IMG/VR virus record: IMGVR_UViG_3300025936_000004
Reading direction: 5' to 3' (one strand)
DNA length: 64,000 nucleotides
DNA from: an uncultured virus (IMG/VR IMGVR_UViG_3300025936_000004)
Lineage: Duplodnaviria > Heunggongvirae > Uroviricota > Caudoviricetes
The notes below the pieces were generated by a model. The model saw only the letters and a list, made by a program, of their open reading frames with translations, made no database searches and had not been told where the DNA came from. Positions 1-9,819 of this stretch are shown in pieces. The position numbers and the translations under genes were made by a program. Position 1 is the first letter of the stretch, and each line of letters starts with the position of its first letter.

Positions 1-270
1 TGAGTTCTGGGAGATCGAGAGCGATTCGTTGGTCGAGGCCTTCGAAGAGATGGCAGACCGCACCGCGGCCCACTGGGAAGAGATTCTCGACGGCCTCGCA
101 AGCGACGAGATCCCTCCCCCTCCTGCAGCGCCCTGGAGCTCCCTAGAAGCCGCCCTGCGTGAGAGCGAGTACATAGCCCTGCTAGCCGTCGCAATCACCC
201 CTAGCGATCGATATGCAGCCAAGAGCGATGATGTGACGGTTACGGTTCGCCCGGTTGCGAGGGCTTCCTA

Positions 271-801
271 ATGAGCCACGAAGGCGCACCTGCAACGGCC
301 CTTGTAGCCACCCACTGCGCCTTGTGCGGGCGTCCCCTGGTCGATGCCGAATCCGTCGAACGTGGCATCGGCCCGGTGTGCGCGGACAAGTACGGCGCCG
401 AGGTAGGCCCCTCGGAGAACCGCGTCGTAGCCAACCGGCTGATCTGGGAAATTGCTGCAAAACCTGCGGCCAGCGACGTGCCGGCCAAGGTATCCGCCTT
501 GCGCACACTGGGCTACGTTCGTGTGGCCGACCGGATCGCCGAACGGCTGGTGGCTGACATGGGCACGATCCGTGTGGCCTACGAAGGCGACCGGCTCACG
601 ATCGACCAAGAGGGCCTGTCAGACGACGCATTCGGCGCCTTGCTGGCCGTGCTTCGGAGCATCCCGGGCCGACGCTGGGAGCGCGACCGCAAGGTCAACA
701 CGGTGCCCGTCAGCCAGAAGCGCGCGCTGTGGGACGCGTTGCGCGCCAAGGTTCCCGCAGGCGTGGCGATTGAATCCGAGAAAGGGCGGTGTGTGCTATG
801 A
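271..801 (+). CDS. DUF6011-like zinc-binding phage protein
   Basis: CALCGRPLVDAESVERGIGPVC matches the CxxCGRxLxDxxSxxRGIGPxC signature. Confidence 0.7.
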   Translation: MSHEGAPATALVATHCALCGRPLVDAESVERGIGPVCADKYGAEVGPSENRVVANRLIWEIAAKPAASDVPAKVSALRTLGYVRVADRIAERLVADMGTIRVAYEGDRLTIDQEGLSDDAFGALLAVLRSIPGRRWERDRKVNTVPVSQKRALWDALRAKVPAGVAIESEKGRCVL

Positions 802-1004
802 GCGAGAAAAAGCCAGTTGGATATTCGCGGTTCGCATGTGTGCCGTTTCGGCTGACTGAAGTGTCCCAGGAGTACCGTTGTCCGGCCTGTGCATCGCATT
901 CGGACGATCCCTGTAACCCATGGTCACCCCTAAGCGCCAACGAAGCTCAAGGGATTGTGTGTGATCAGTGCGGCGCTGAGCTTGTGCCAACGAAAAGGAT
1001 CTAG
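798..1004 (+). CDS. Small zinc-finger protein
   Basis: CPAC and CDQC pairs; ATGA overlap with the upstream gene. Confidence 0.55.
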   Translation: MSEKKPVGYSRFACVPFRLTEVSQEYRCPACASHSDDPCNPWSPLSANEAQGIVCDQCGAELVPTKRI

Positions 1005-1288
1005 CCGGCGCCGTCCAGTCCCAGGGCCGTACGGGCCCGAGTTCGTGGGCATTCGTCACAGCATTCATCACGATCGCCACGTGTCTCTAGATCGCAGCAA
1101 GGGCATACGTTCCGGCCTCTGACGTCGCGGATTGGTAGCTCTGCCACCGCGCGCACGATCGCTTCCAGCTCGATTCGAGCGTCATCGTGTATCTTATAGG
1201 GCACGGGGTCGCTGCAGTTGTGGGGCGCTGCGACGCCAGGTAGACCATGTCCACAGACGCCACATCGAAGACTTGGAACGGTGCTCAC
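1001..1288 (-). CDS. Small Cys-rich protein (ELEAIxR paralog 3)
   Basis: Coupled to the upstream gene; ELEAIVR...CPCC...C...RAR.AL module. Confidence 0.6.
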   Translation of the reverse strand: MSTVPSLRCGVCGHGLPGVAAPHNCSDPVPYKIHDDARIELEAIVRAVAELPIRDVRGRNVCPCCDLETRGDRDECCDECPRTRARTALGLDGAG

Positions 1289-1545
1289 GTTCCCTCCAAT
1301 GCTCTGCGGGCCCGCTGTGTTAGGGCATCAAGCGGACAGTCCGGTTTATGATCCCATTCACGCTTGCCGATTCTCGCCGGGTCTGATCCGTAAAGCTCGA
1401 CGTCGTCCTTCTCGACAACCTTACCAAGGCATTCCATGCAGAACGGGCAAGGCCCATCTCGCCAATGGGATTCGAGCTCAGCAGCCATCCGTGCGATCGC
1501 CTCTAGCTCTGCCGCTTGGATCGGGTGCATGATTGCAGCTCTCAC
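1285..1545 (-). CDS. Small Cys-rich protein (ELEAIxR paralog 2)
   Basis: 4-nt overlaps on both sides; ELEAIAR...CPFC...H..DC...RARRAL. Confidence 0.6.
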   Translation of the reverse strand: MRAAIMHPIQAAELEAIARMAAELESHWRDGPCPFCMECLGKVVEKDDVELYGSDPARIGKREWDHKPDCPLDALTQRARRALEGT

Positions 1546-1901
1546 GCTTTCTCCATCGCCTTACGGGCCCTGAGCCACAGGCAATGGTCTATCTCGTGCT
1601 CAGCGTCATCATATTCACGTGACCCTCCGTTACAAAACCTGCATTCGTAGGTGTCCCAGCGTAGGCCCTGACGCGTTCGGATCGGATCCTCTTCCGCCAA
1701 CGTTCGCACGATTGCTTCGAGTTCACGGTTCTCCCTGTCGAGCAGTAGCGCCGGATCATTTTCGTAGATCCCGCCGCTCTTGCCGCAAGCCTTGCATTCA
1801 ATCCCAAGCACCGCTGGATTCGTGTCGATGGTAACGCATCCAAGATCCAGCTTGCGCTCACCGCAATGTGGACATGGCCACCCGAGGTATTGCCTGCTCA
1901 T
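1542..1901 (-). CDS. Zinc-ribbon protein (ELEAIxR paralog 1)
   Basis: CPHC/CKAC ribbon then ELEAIVR...CRFC...H...C...RARKAM; likely start MSRQYL. Confidence 0.6.
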   Translation of the reverse strand: MSRQYLGWPCPHCGERKLDLGCVTIDTNPAVLGIECKACGKSGGIYENDPALLLDRENRELEAIVRTLAEEDPIRTRQGLRWDTYECRFCNGGSREYDDAEHEIDHCLWLRARKAMEKA

Positions 1902-2133
1902 ATCCCTAGTGCTTTCAATGCTTCGATCATATCCCGCAACGGCTGGGCACGCGGATACTCCGGCACGTCGGGGCCACACCCATCGCAGAACCTAGCCTCA
2001 CCGCGTTTCCAAGCACGGGTAGCTGGCCTGATGCAGTAGGTGCACTTCGGCAGCGTGACCACCAGACGTGTGGCGGCAAGAGCAAGGGCGCCGTACTTGG
2101 CTTGCAGTTCGCGGACCTTGTCGTCGGGATCGG

Positions 2134-2346
2134 TCACGTGCCGTTCTTCCATTCCAGAATGTTTGCCTGTGAGAAGTCACGATCGACCTGATCGCCCAAG
2201 TCCCGCGCATGAAGCACCCATTCCTTGCGCCCGCCCTCTGTTTCCTTGCACCACGTTCGTCCGGGCATGATGCGTTTCCAAGCGATTTCACCATTGCGGT
2301 CACGATAACGAATGTTCACTGGTACCGGGTTACTTGTCTCGCTCAT
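2134..2346 (-). CDS. Stand-alone WYL-like domain protein
   Basis: IRYRDRNGEIAWKRIMP...WVLHARDL....RDF...I resembles the WYL fold pattern; ATGA overlap with the NUDIX gene. Confidence 0.55.
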   Translation of the reverse strand: MSETSNPVPVNIRYRDRNGEIAWKRIMPGRTWCKETEGGRKEWVLHARDLGDQVDRDFSQANILEWKNGT

Positions 2347-2741
2347 CCAAACGCTGCCTTGTGTTGATCGATTGCCCTGCAGACAATCGGATAATCCTCG
2401 GGGTGTGCGCCGGCGAGCAGTAAGCCAGGCAATCCCCAAAAGACGTTCTCTGCATCATCGCCCGCCGTGAGTTTTCCGGTCCATCGTAGCGCTCGAAAGA
2501 TGTGCACGTGCCAGTTGTCGACCGTCTTTTGATCGAACGGAATGAGGTCACGCCAGCCGACAGGCGTGGCAATGGTCAGGCCTGTTTCTTCGCGTAGCTC
2601 TCGAACGGCCGCGCTGAAGATTCCCTCGCCCGAGATCACCATGCCGCCGGGGATTTCCACGGATCCTTGCCGCTTGCGATTGCGCACCAAGAGCACCTGG
2701 CTATCCTGGACGGCGATGATAGCGACCGCGACGTTCATCAA
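2343..2741 (-). CDS. NUDIX hydrolase
   Basis: Nudix box GGMVISGEGIFSAAVRELREETGL. Confidence 0.9.
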   Translation of the reverse strand: MMNVAVAIIAVQDSQVLLVRNRKRQGSVEIPGGMVISGEGIFSAAVRELREETGLTIATPVGWRDLIPFDQKTVDNWHVHIFRALRWTGKLTAGDDAENVFWGLPGLLLAGAHPEDYPIVCRAIDQHKAAFG

Positions 2742-3103
2742 TAATCCCGCACGAGTCCCTTGGTGATCGCGGCACTGATCTGCCCAACCAGGTTGTTGTA
2801 GCTCTTGTCGTCCAAAAGACTTTCGACAGCCTCCACGATGAGTTTTCGGATGGTCTCTCGAACGCGTTCGTCTTTCTCCAGAGCTTCGGTTGCGATCTCA
2901 CGCGCGATGTTTCCAAGGGCGTGTTTGAACGCGCTTTCAAGTGGACTGTCTTCCTGACGATTGTTGTACGTGTTCGTGGTTTTCGTGAGCAGGTAGCTCA
3001 GCGCACCCTGAATGAGCGCGTCACGCTTCTCGGTGTTCAGCGAGACCATGATGGACTCGCCGATGAGTTCCTTGATGCTGGCAGTGTCGAGCTTGATGTC
3101 CAC
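2738..3103 (-). CDS. Hypothetical phage protein
   Basis: Coupled ORF in the leftward operon. Confidence 0.6.
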   Translation of the reverse strand: MDIKLDTASIKELIGESIMVSLNTEKRDALIQGALSYLLTKTTNTYNNRQEDSPLESAFKHALGNIAREIATEALEKDERVRETIRKLIVEAVESLLDDKSYNNLVGQISAAITKGLVRDY

Positions 3104-3565
3104 TTATCCCTCTCCGTTGGTCAGCTCGCCGTTGTCCCACTGCTTCCAGTCCCATCCGTAGTGTTCGCAGATCTTGCGTAGCACAGGCTTGCCATAGAAC
3201 TCGTGTTCCATGTTCTCGATCTCTTCCGAAAGCGCTCCGTCGCCTGCGAGCCAGGTCCACGCGACGTAGTGCAGGATGGAGCGATTGGCGCTAATTCCCC
3301 GTTGGCTGTTGGCCTTCTCGAACGCGAAGGGCATGTATTCTTGCATTCGTTTCAGGACTGACTCTCGATCACGGGGAGCGCGAATCGTGTTCCATTCTTC
3401 AGCGGTAACACTTTCCTTGAGATAAGGTTTTACGAGTTCGTAGGGGAGGCATCCAGCGTACTCATTGACTTCGAAGCCGAGGAAGTCCCCTTTGTTTCGC
3501 GCGGAAAGCCGCTCGGCAATGGCCTCGGCGGTGGGCAACGGGCCTTGGGACTCTGTCATGCTCAC
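3104..3565 (-). CDS. Hypothetical phage protein
   Basis: Protein-like composition; abuts the downstream gene. Confidence 0.65.
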   Translation of the reverse strand: MSMTESQGPLPTAEAIAERLSARNKGDFLGFEVNEYAGCLPYELVKPYLKESVTAEEWNTIRAPRDRESVLKRMQEYMPFAFEKANSQRGISANRSILHYVAWTWLAGDGALSEEIENMEHEFYGKPVLRKICEHYGWDWKQWDNGELTNGEG

Positions 3566-3724
3566 GGTTTCATTCCTTTCTCAAAAGTAGATGTATTGCT
3601 TGCTTGCATCGCCGCCCGGGCGACGTCTGCCTGTGCGCGCGTGGCGAAACCACCCTTCAGGCTCCGGCGTCTCGGCCGGATTCCATTGGGCGTAGGCTAT
3701 CAACGCGTGGCCCGGCGTCTCGTA

Positions 3725-4234
3725 TCACCAATGGTCATCGTAGAATCCAGAGCCCGCGGGACCGATCGTAATGATCGTGTTGTAGATCCGGGGAATCACG
3801 GCCAACTCACGGCCGTCCGGCAGAATCTTGCCGGCAATGGCCGTGACCGGCTCGTTCGACTCGATCGTTTCGCGCAAGTGCTTCACCACCACGTCCCGGA
3901 AGGTCTGATCCTCACACGACAGCTTCCACGCCTCGGCCTGTGTGAGCAGTTCTCTGCTACGCGCACCAATCAATCGCTGCTCTTCGCGGTACCGCTCATA
4001 GCTCTTCTGCGCATCCTCGTCGGACATCGCGAGCTTGTCTTGTACGAGCTTGCGGGCCTGCGCGAGCTTTTGCTCATGCTCCGGATCGATCGCAATCGAG
4101 GTGGGGGTCGGGTCGGATTCTTTGATCCATTCCCACTTCACCAATAGAGCTTTGGCGTGGGCCCAGGCGTATTCGCTGAGCGTTACGTTGGGATTGTTTT
4201 TGATGAGGTCTTCGAGTTCGTTACACATGGTCAT
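3725..4234 (-). CDS. Hypothetical protein
   Basis: Coupled ORF with upstream AAGGA RBS. Confidence 0.55.
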   Translation of the reverse strand: MTMCNELEDLIKNNPNVTLSEYAWAHAKALLVKWEWIKESDPTPTSIAIDPEHEQKLAQARKLVQDKLAMSDEDAQKSYERYREEQRLIGARSRELLTQAEAWKLSCEDQTFRDVVVKHLRETIESNEPVTAIAGKILPDGRELAVIPRIYNTIITIGPAGSGFYDDHW

Positions 4235-4632
4235 TCCTTCGGTTGTTGGTTTCGATCGGTATCAGCAAGGTCATTCGCCATCGCGGATGCGATAGGGTCC
4301 AAGTGGTTTCTTGCAACGTTGTACGCAATGCATGACTGAGCTGCGCAATGCGGGTCGCTCGCAGATCTCCCGGCGCAGGCTTCCTGCATGATCCAAAGGT
4401 CCAAGAACGCTCGCTCGAGCCGCTGCACTCTCGCGATTGCCACGAGCTGCATGGTCTTGAGCTCGATGAGACATTCAGACATCTGCACCATGCGCTCTGC
4501 GATCCCAGTGGTTCGCCGTTCGACTTCAGCCTCAAGCGCCTCCAGCCGATGCTGCATACCCTTTGCGGTCTCGATGGCTGCCAGGGATTCATCATTCAGC
4601 CGGACGGTCGGTCCGTCGTAGAAGTTACTCAC
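4231..4632 (-). CDS. Hypothetical coiled-coil protein
   Basis: 4-nt overlaps with neighbours. Confidence 0.55.
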   Translation of the reverse strand: MSNFYDGPTVRLNDESLAAIETAKGMQHRLEALEAEVERRTTGIAERMVQMSECLIELKTMQLVAIARVQRLERAFLDLWIMQEACAGRSASDPHCAAQSCIAYNVARNHLDPIASAMANDLADTDRNQQPKE

Positions 4633-5471
4633 CGTCGTCTTTCTCTTTCCTTGTCGACGAGTTTGTCGAGTTCCTCGAGCGCGGCCTGGTCACGCTGCTC
4701 GATCTGCTGAAGCATCGCGAGAACCTCGGTGAGTTCGCGGGTAATGTTGTGCTTGCAGCATGTGTCTAGGTCGTCAGGAAGACCGTTGGACATACTGCTG
4801 ACGTCACGAATCCGCCGCTCGATGTGCTCGCGAACGTCGGCGAGGGTGACGGGCTTGTCACTCACGCGAGCCACCAGCCGAGCGCAAAGCTTGCTGCCGC
4901 GAGGGCAATCGCGAGCTGCCAGTCGGCGTGAAGGGTTCGGTAGAGCGTGCGTAGGTGGTTCATCGGTTGGCCCCGGCTTGCGCGTATGAGTCGTTGTCCT
5001 CGGCGAGCATCTCGAATTCGTCGGCCAGCTCCTCAAGTCCCTTGATCGCCGCGTCCATCTCATCGCGTGTTTCGGGACTCAGTCGAGCTTTGTGATTCCG
5101 GAATGCCGAACGAAGGTCCTCGATTGCACCGCGGGTGATCGCAGCGTTGTCACAGAGGTCTCTGCGCGCGTTTTGTTCTGACGCGGTCATTGCTGCACCG
5201 GTACCCGTCGAAAGCGACTGCAGCGTGCGCACTCGTGTAGGTCAACGATCTGGCCGGTCTCCCGAATCTGCACTCTCATTCGATGGGCGGTCTTGCAGCC
5301 GGCGAAACGGCAGAGCACCCCGAGACGGTAGAGCAGCCAGAGGGCCGAGCCGAGCCCGCACAACAGGCTCAGCGCCGAAGCCAAGCGATCCATCACGACC
5401 GCGCCTGCCTTCGGAAGGCGGAAGACGGCCGGCTGGACCGGGGGCCGTGGTTCCGGTGGCGGGAGTTCGAT

Positions 5472-5709
5472 GGTGCCGCTAGGGTGCCGAGACTGCGTTC
5501 CCAGGGAGGGTCTTCAGGGGTACGGGAGGGTACGGGAGGGTACGGGCAAAAGGGCGTTGTTACACGGTGTTGGAAGATAAACGCGCGACTCCGCACGGTT
5601 TGTAGAAAAGCCCTCGTACCGGGTTCGACTCCCGGCGCCTCCACTGATTTCCCCTGAAGATTTCCCATCGAAAACGCTCCTAGATGATCACGGTGCCGCT
5701 AGGGTGCCG
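5472..5709. other. attP region: tmRNA 3'-end core, arm-type repeats and 10-bp tandem repeats
   Basis: GGTGCCGCTAGGGTGCCG at 5472-5489 and 5692-5709; (GGGTACGGGA)x3, last copy imperfect, at 5518-5547; CCGGGTTCGACTCCCGG-CGCCTCCA at 5619-5643; directly downstream of the integrase. Confidence 0.85.
5619..5644 (+). ncRNA. 3' fragment of tmRNA (T-arm plus acceptor strand), the att core
   Basis: T-arm CCGGG-TTCGACT-CCCGG then CGCCTCCA, the Ala-type acceptor 3' strand typical of tmRNA; no 5' half nearby. Confidence 0.7.
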
Positions 5710-6791
5710 CGGCCAGAGATGGCCGCTGCTCCGTCCAGCAGCGCGACGGCCTCCCGATGAACCGACGGTGCCAGGTGGGCGTACCGCATGGTCATCTCGA
5801 TCGTGGCGTGGCCCATCAGCTCCTGAACGGCCTTGAGCGAGACCCCGCGCATGACCAGGTGGCTAGCGAAGGTGTGCCGAAGCACGTGCCAGCCGACTTG
5901 GCGCAGACCGGCCCGCCGGCTGGCGGACCATAGGGGCCACTTGCATTCACCGCGGGCGAGTAGCTCGCCCTTTGGATCGCAGAACACCAGCTTGCTCCGC
6001 AGGTGACGGTGCGCCTTGAGGGCATCGAGAGCCTGGGGACTTAGTGGCACCTCGCGGCTTCGGCCCCCCTTGGGTGTTCCGATCCGACCGCGCGCAACGG
6101 CTTGCCGAACGTTGAGATGAGCCGCCCGTAGGTCGACATCCTCCCAGCGCAGGGCCAGCAGCTCACCGATGCGAAGGCCGGTCCGGAGCCCGAGCGTGAT
6201 CATGCACCGCCACTCGGGCGCAGCCCCGGCAATCAAGCGCTCGGCTTCGTCGAAGTCGAAAAAGTCGAACCGGGGCTTGGGCACCTTGAGCCACTTGAAC
6301 TTCGGGACATGGCTCAGGCGTTTCCACTCGACGGCGACGTCCAAAAGCTTACGCAGGACCGTCAAGTGGTTGTTGATGGTCTTGGGAGACAGTGGCTTCT
6401 CGCCCCCAAGCTTGCTAGCCTTGTACGCCTCGATCTTTCGCAGATCGATGGCATCAAGCCTAAGCCCTTTGAAGTGGGGCACCAAGTGTTGATCTAGCAC
6501 GTCGCGCTTGGTGTCCACTTCGCTTGGTTTGTTGTTCACCGTCGCATAGATGGTGACGAACTCCTTAGCGAAGTCTTCGAGCAAGGGCACCTCCGCGCGG
6601 CGCGGACCTCCGCCCGCCAATTGGTTGAGTAGTTCCCGCTCGAGCTGCTCGGCAGCCCGTCGTGTTTGCACGCGCGGGATCTGACGGATGCGCTCGCGTC
6701 GTCCGTCCGGGTGTTGGTAATCGATATCGACCATCCATCGTTTGCATTCCTGTCCGTCTTTGTTGCGACGGGTTCGCTGCCTGACACTCAT
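5688..6791 (-). CDS. int: Tyrosine integrase
   Basis: TGLRIGEL (R), TPK (K), HVLRH, MGH, TMRY catalytic motifs; start coupled to the xis stop. Confidence 0.97.
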   Translation of the reverse strand: MSVRQRTRRNKDGQECKRWMVDIDYQHPDGRRERIRQIPRVQTRRAAEQLERELLNQLAGGGPRRAEVPLLEDFAKEFVTIYATVNNKPSEVDTKRDVLDQHLVPHFKGLRLDAIDLRKIEAYKASKLGGEKPLSPKTINNHLTVLRKLLDVAVEWKRLSHVPKFKWLKVPKPRFDFFDFDEAERLIAGAAPEWRCMITLGLRTGLRIGELLALRWEDVDLRAAHLNVRQAVARGRIGTPKGGRSREVPLSPQALDALKAHRHLRSKLVFCDPKGELLARGECKWPLWSASRRAGLRQVGWHVLRHTFASHLVMRGVSLKAVQELMGHATIEMTMRYAHLAPSVHREAVALLDGAAAISGRGTLAAP

Positions 6792-7003
6792 CGGATACTC
6801 CGATTGCGTGGGCCGCGGCGTTGACCTTCCGGAAGCCACGCTATCACGGCCTTTCGGCTGATCCGAATGTGGGCACCCATGTAATGGACGCCCGGAACGT
6901 CGCCCCGCCGAATTGCAGCGTAGGCGGTTTTCCGGTGCACCCGCATAAGCTTGGCAAGCTCGTCTACAGTCAGAACTTCGGGCAGTTCTTTGGCTGCGCT
7001 CAT
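6788..7003 (-). CDS. xis: Excisionase (HTH_17-like)
   Basis: VLTVDELAKLMRVHRKTAY...G...IRISR; immediately upstream of int. Confidence 0.88.
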   Translation of the reverse strand: MSAAKELPEVLTVDELAKLMRVHRKTAYAAIRRGDVPGVHYMGAHIRISRKAVIAWLPEGQRRGPRNRSIR

Positions 7004-7410
7004 CGAATCACTCCCATTCTCTGCGCCCAACGTAGAATGATCGGAGCCGGCTCAAACCACTCGCCGTGTTTGCGGTATCTCGCAAAACGTCGATGGAGCC
7101 ACCGCTCTCGCTCGCGGTCACCCTCGAACAACGCAATCACTTCAAGCGGCCAAGGCGACATGTTGCAGAGTGACCTGAACCGGTTTTCAAAGTCGGTCGA
7201 CGTCCCGATCTTGATAGGTCCGGTTGTCGTCGCCTGAAGGGCGTAGATCACGGACCGATGATCGAATGGGCGAGCTTCGCTACCGCGAACCCATTCAACC
7301 CGACCGTCCTTCAGAACGGGAATCTTATGAGTCCGGCACCACACACGGAACGCTTCCGCCCTGCGAGAGCCTTCGCGATCCGGCTCGGAATAGACGATCC
7401 TACCGCCCAT
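7000..7410 (-). CDS. GIY-YIG-superfamily T5orf172/MUG113-like protein
   Basis: VIYALQ...IKIG.S...RF..L...E..LH.RF..YR..GEWF; GAGGAG RBS; start approximate. Confidence 0.8.
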   Translation of the reverse strand: MGGRIVYSEPDREGSRRAEAFRVWCRTHKIPVLKDGRVEWVRGSEARPFDHRSVIYALQATTTGPIKIGTSTDFENRFRSLCNMSPWPLEVIALFEGDRERERWLHRRFARYRKHGEWFEPAPIILRWAQRMGVIR

Positions 7411-7713
7411 CACCACGCTCCTCGCCCCCACGTAGCCGCTCCGCACTCTGCGGGCACTCGTCGGGCAATCTTGCATGATAGCACAAGCGTCAGCCGCTCC
7501 CATCGACGTCTCCTTGCTTCCCCGCCCACGCTTGCAGACACTTCGCGCTACACAGGTGCCACGTCTTGCCAGCGCCTCGACACACCGCGTACCAGTCCGT
7601 TGGCACGTACGACGCGATTTTGAGCGGGCAGTACCCCTGGTCGTACGCCACCTCACGCCTAAGGCACTGGTCGCAGTAGTACATCACGCTGTGGCGCTCG
7701 GTCCTGGCCACGG

Positions 7714-8154
7714 CTACTCATCCTCCGGGTCATGATCGATCGGCACGTCCATCGGATCACCGCCTTCGTTGGGCGGGTCGTTGTGGGGTGGCTTGCACGG
7801 TGGCTCGTGCGACCGATCACTCCTGTACTGACCGCATTCCACGCATTGCCCCAACGAGCCCCGTTCGAACTCGTGATGAAAGCAGCCGCATCGACAGCGC
7901 TCGGTTTTCCATGGCGCATCGAGTGTGTTGCCGATTGCTATGAGTTCCGAGGTACCGCAGGTATTGGCGCGCAGGAGTCTGTTGTCGATTTCTCGCAAGT
8001 GTTTGTTTCGCGCATCATCAAGACGCTCACCGAGGTCCCATTCTCGCGCCTCGGTTTCCGTCATTGGCTCGCTCAGGTACGCGTCAACAACCGTCGACCA
8101 CACGCGATAGCGCAGGCCGTCAGGCGTTCGGCGTGCGTGAATGATGTGACCCAT
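7714..8154 (-). CDS. Hypothetical Cys/His-rich protein
   Basis: Coupled ORF with CRCGCFHH and CVECG. Confidence 0.5.
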   Translation of the reverse strand: MGHIIHARRTPDGLRYRVWSTVVDAYLSEPMTETEAREWDLGERLDDARNKHLREIDNRLLRANTCGTSELIAIGNTLDAPWKTERCRCGCFHHEFERGSLGQCVECGQYRSDRSHEPPCKPPHNDPPNEGGDPMDVPIDHDPEDE

Positions 8155-8633
8155 TACTCTCGCTCCTCTAGTGCCCCGCACGCATCGGCCACCAGCAACG
8201 CGTTGCACGCCACGCTTGCAGCTTCCCGGAGCACGTTGGCTACTCGTCGCGGATTGCGGTCTACGTTCTCTGCTGGCAGTGCGTTGCCCAAGAAGTCCGT
8301 AACGCCCTGATGCATGATGGCAGCCTTCAGACGCGCAGCCTCCCGCAGCATGTGCTGGTAGATTGCCCGCGGCCGGTCATCCTGCTTGTCACCGGTTTCT
8401 CGGAGCAGCGATTCCATGACCACCGCGAAGCGCCGCACTTCTGGTGAGAGGTATTCGAACAATACGTTCGGGAGCGTGATGTCGCTCGGCATCGGCTGCC
8501 ACTGCGGCGAATGCACTGCGATCGCGGGGCGATCCAGATCCGTGGGGCGTTCCTGGGCGTCGTAGGCTTTGGCACGAGCTACGAGGTGTTTGGGGTCGGT
8601 GTGGATCATGCCCATCGCCTCTCTGTCTTCCAC
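8154..8633 (-). CDS. Hypothetical protein
   Basis: Coupled ORF in the leftward operon. Confidence 0.5.
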   Translation of the reverse strand: MEDREAMGMIHTDPKHLVARAKAYDAQERPTDLDRPAIAVHSPQWQPMPSDITLPNVLFEYLSPEVRRFAVVMESLLRETGDKQDDRPRAIYQHMLREAARLKAAIMHQGVTDFLGNALPAENVDRNPRRVANVLREAASVACNALLVADACGALEERE

Positions 8634-9154
8634 GGCTCACGTACTTCGATACCGTGCTTCTTGAGCTGCTCTCGCCACGGTGTGAAGATTCCAGAATCGT
8701 TTAGGAACCCCCACGATTGCGTTTTGGGGCCGGTCAAAAAGAGCGTCCAGCATTCACCATCGAGCAAGTCGACACGATGGAAGGTGTCTGCCAACAGCAC
8801 GTTGACCATTCCTGGCAACATGTCCCGTTCACCGATTTCCCACCGAAGCGTGAACAGACCATCCTGAAACTTGGACTTTTTTAGCGCGTGTAGCTGTTCT
8901 TGATATCCGCCCACCAGAATCAACGAAATTGCCCATTCCCACGGGTGATTGTGAAGATCGTGGTCCAAATCGCCGCGGTGAAATCGGTGCAGGTACAATC
9001 GGCAACCAGGCGCGAATTCGCCGTCTTGGCCAAGCAGTAGGTACTTGGACAGGTAGGGCGAACCGTTCTCGCCGCGAATCGTTCGCACTGGCAGGAGCTT
9101 ACTAACGCGCTCGAGCGTCCAGCGTAGGGCACGTTGCTTGAAAGACGCGGTCAC
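8606..9154 (-). CDS. Phage cupin-like metal-binding protein
   Basis: LH.F...D....LHNHPW...S.IL.GGY.E...FHRV...WTLF.TG....WGF pattern. Confidence 0.65.
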   Translation of the reverse strand: MTASFKQRALRWTLERVSKLLPVRTIRGENGSPYLSKYLLLGQDGEFAPGCRLYLHRFHRGDLDHDLHNHPWEWAISLILVGGYQEQLHALKKSKFQDGLFTLRWEIGERDMLPGMVNVLLADTFHRVDLLDGECWTLFLTGPKTQSWGFLNDSGIFTPWREQLKKHGIEVREPWKTERRWA

Positions 9155-9819
9155 GGTCTGTTTCCTTCTGCCTGCACCGTATCCGACAGCGTGATCTCCA
9201 TGCCCGTTGCGCACGCGAAGTGCAGCTCGATGGCTATGGCGTTGAACCAACGGTTTTCACGAGCCCGTTCTCTCGCTTCGGTATCCTTACCCGGACCGAG
9301 CGCAATGAGCGTGGTAACGGAGCCGACTGCCATCGGTTCGCTGCACGCGGGGCACGGCAGATCCACGGTTGGGTGATCCTTGAGCTTGGGGCCGAATGCG
9401 CGGAACGAACGAATCTCACCGTGCTTCATGCGCACAAACGCCCGATGGGTGCCGTCGTCGTATCGTACGTAGCAAGGCATTAATCGACTCCCACGATTCC
9501 GGCTCGCACACGTAGCCCTGGTTTTCTCGGCGGCGGCTCGGTCCAGCCACAGGGCACGTCATCGAGACGCTGCTCGAGCTCGGCAACGCGTTTGCGTAAG
9601 GCATCGCGTTGGGCCCGCAGCTTATTCGCTTCGGCAATCAGCTCACGTAGAGCGGTTTTGCAGGGGCCTGGCTCAAGCGCTTGGCTCCATGTGTCGAGAT
9701 TGGTGAAGCGTTCGGGCGTCACAATCGCCCTCCCCTTCGGTCCATCGCCCAGCACACCAGGAAGAGCACGCCAGCAACCGGCGCGAGCACGATGATCGGC
9801 AGGTCACAGAGTCGGTCGG

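Noticed and set aside
5300..5650. Complete tmRNA or tRNA gene
   Set aside because: Only the T-arm and acceptor 3' strand are present; no matching 5' acceptor strand was seen upstream.
7432..7500. 9-bp repeat AGCCGCTCC as a target-site duplication for the first T5orf172 gene
   Set aside because: Both copies lie on the same side of the gene and a 9-bp GC-rich match can arise by chance.
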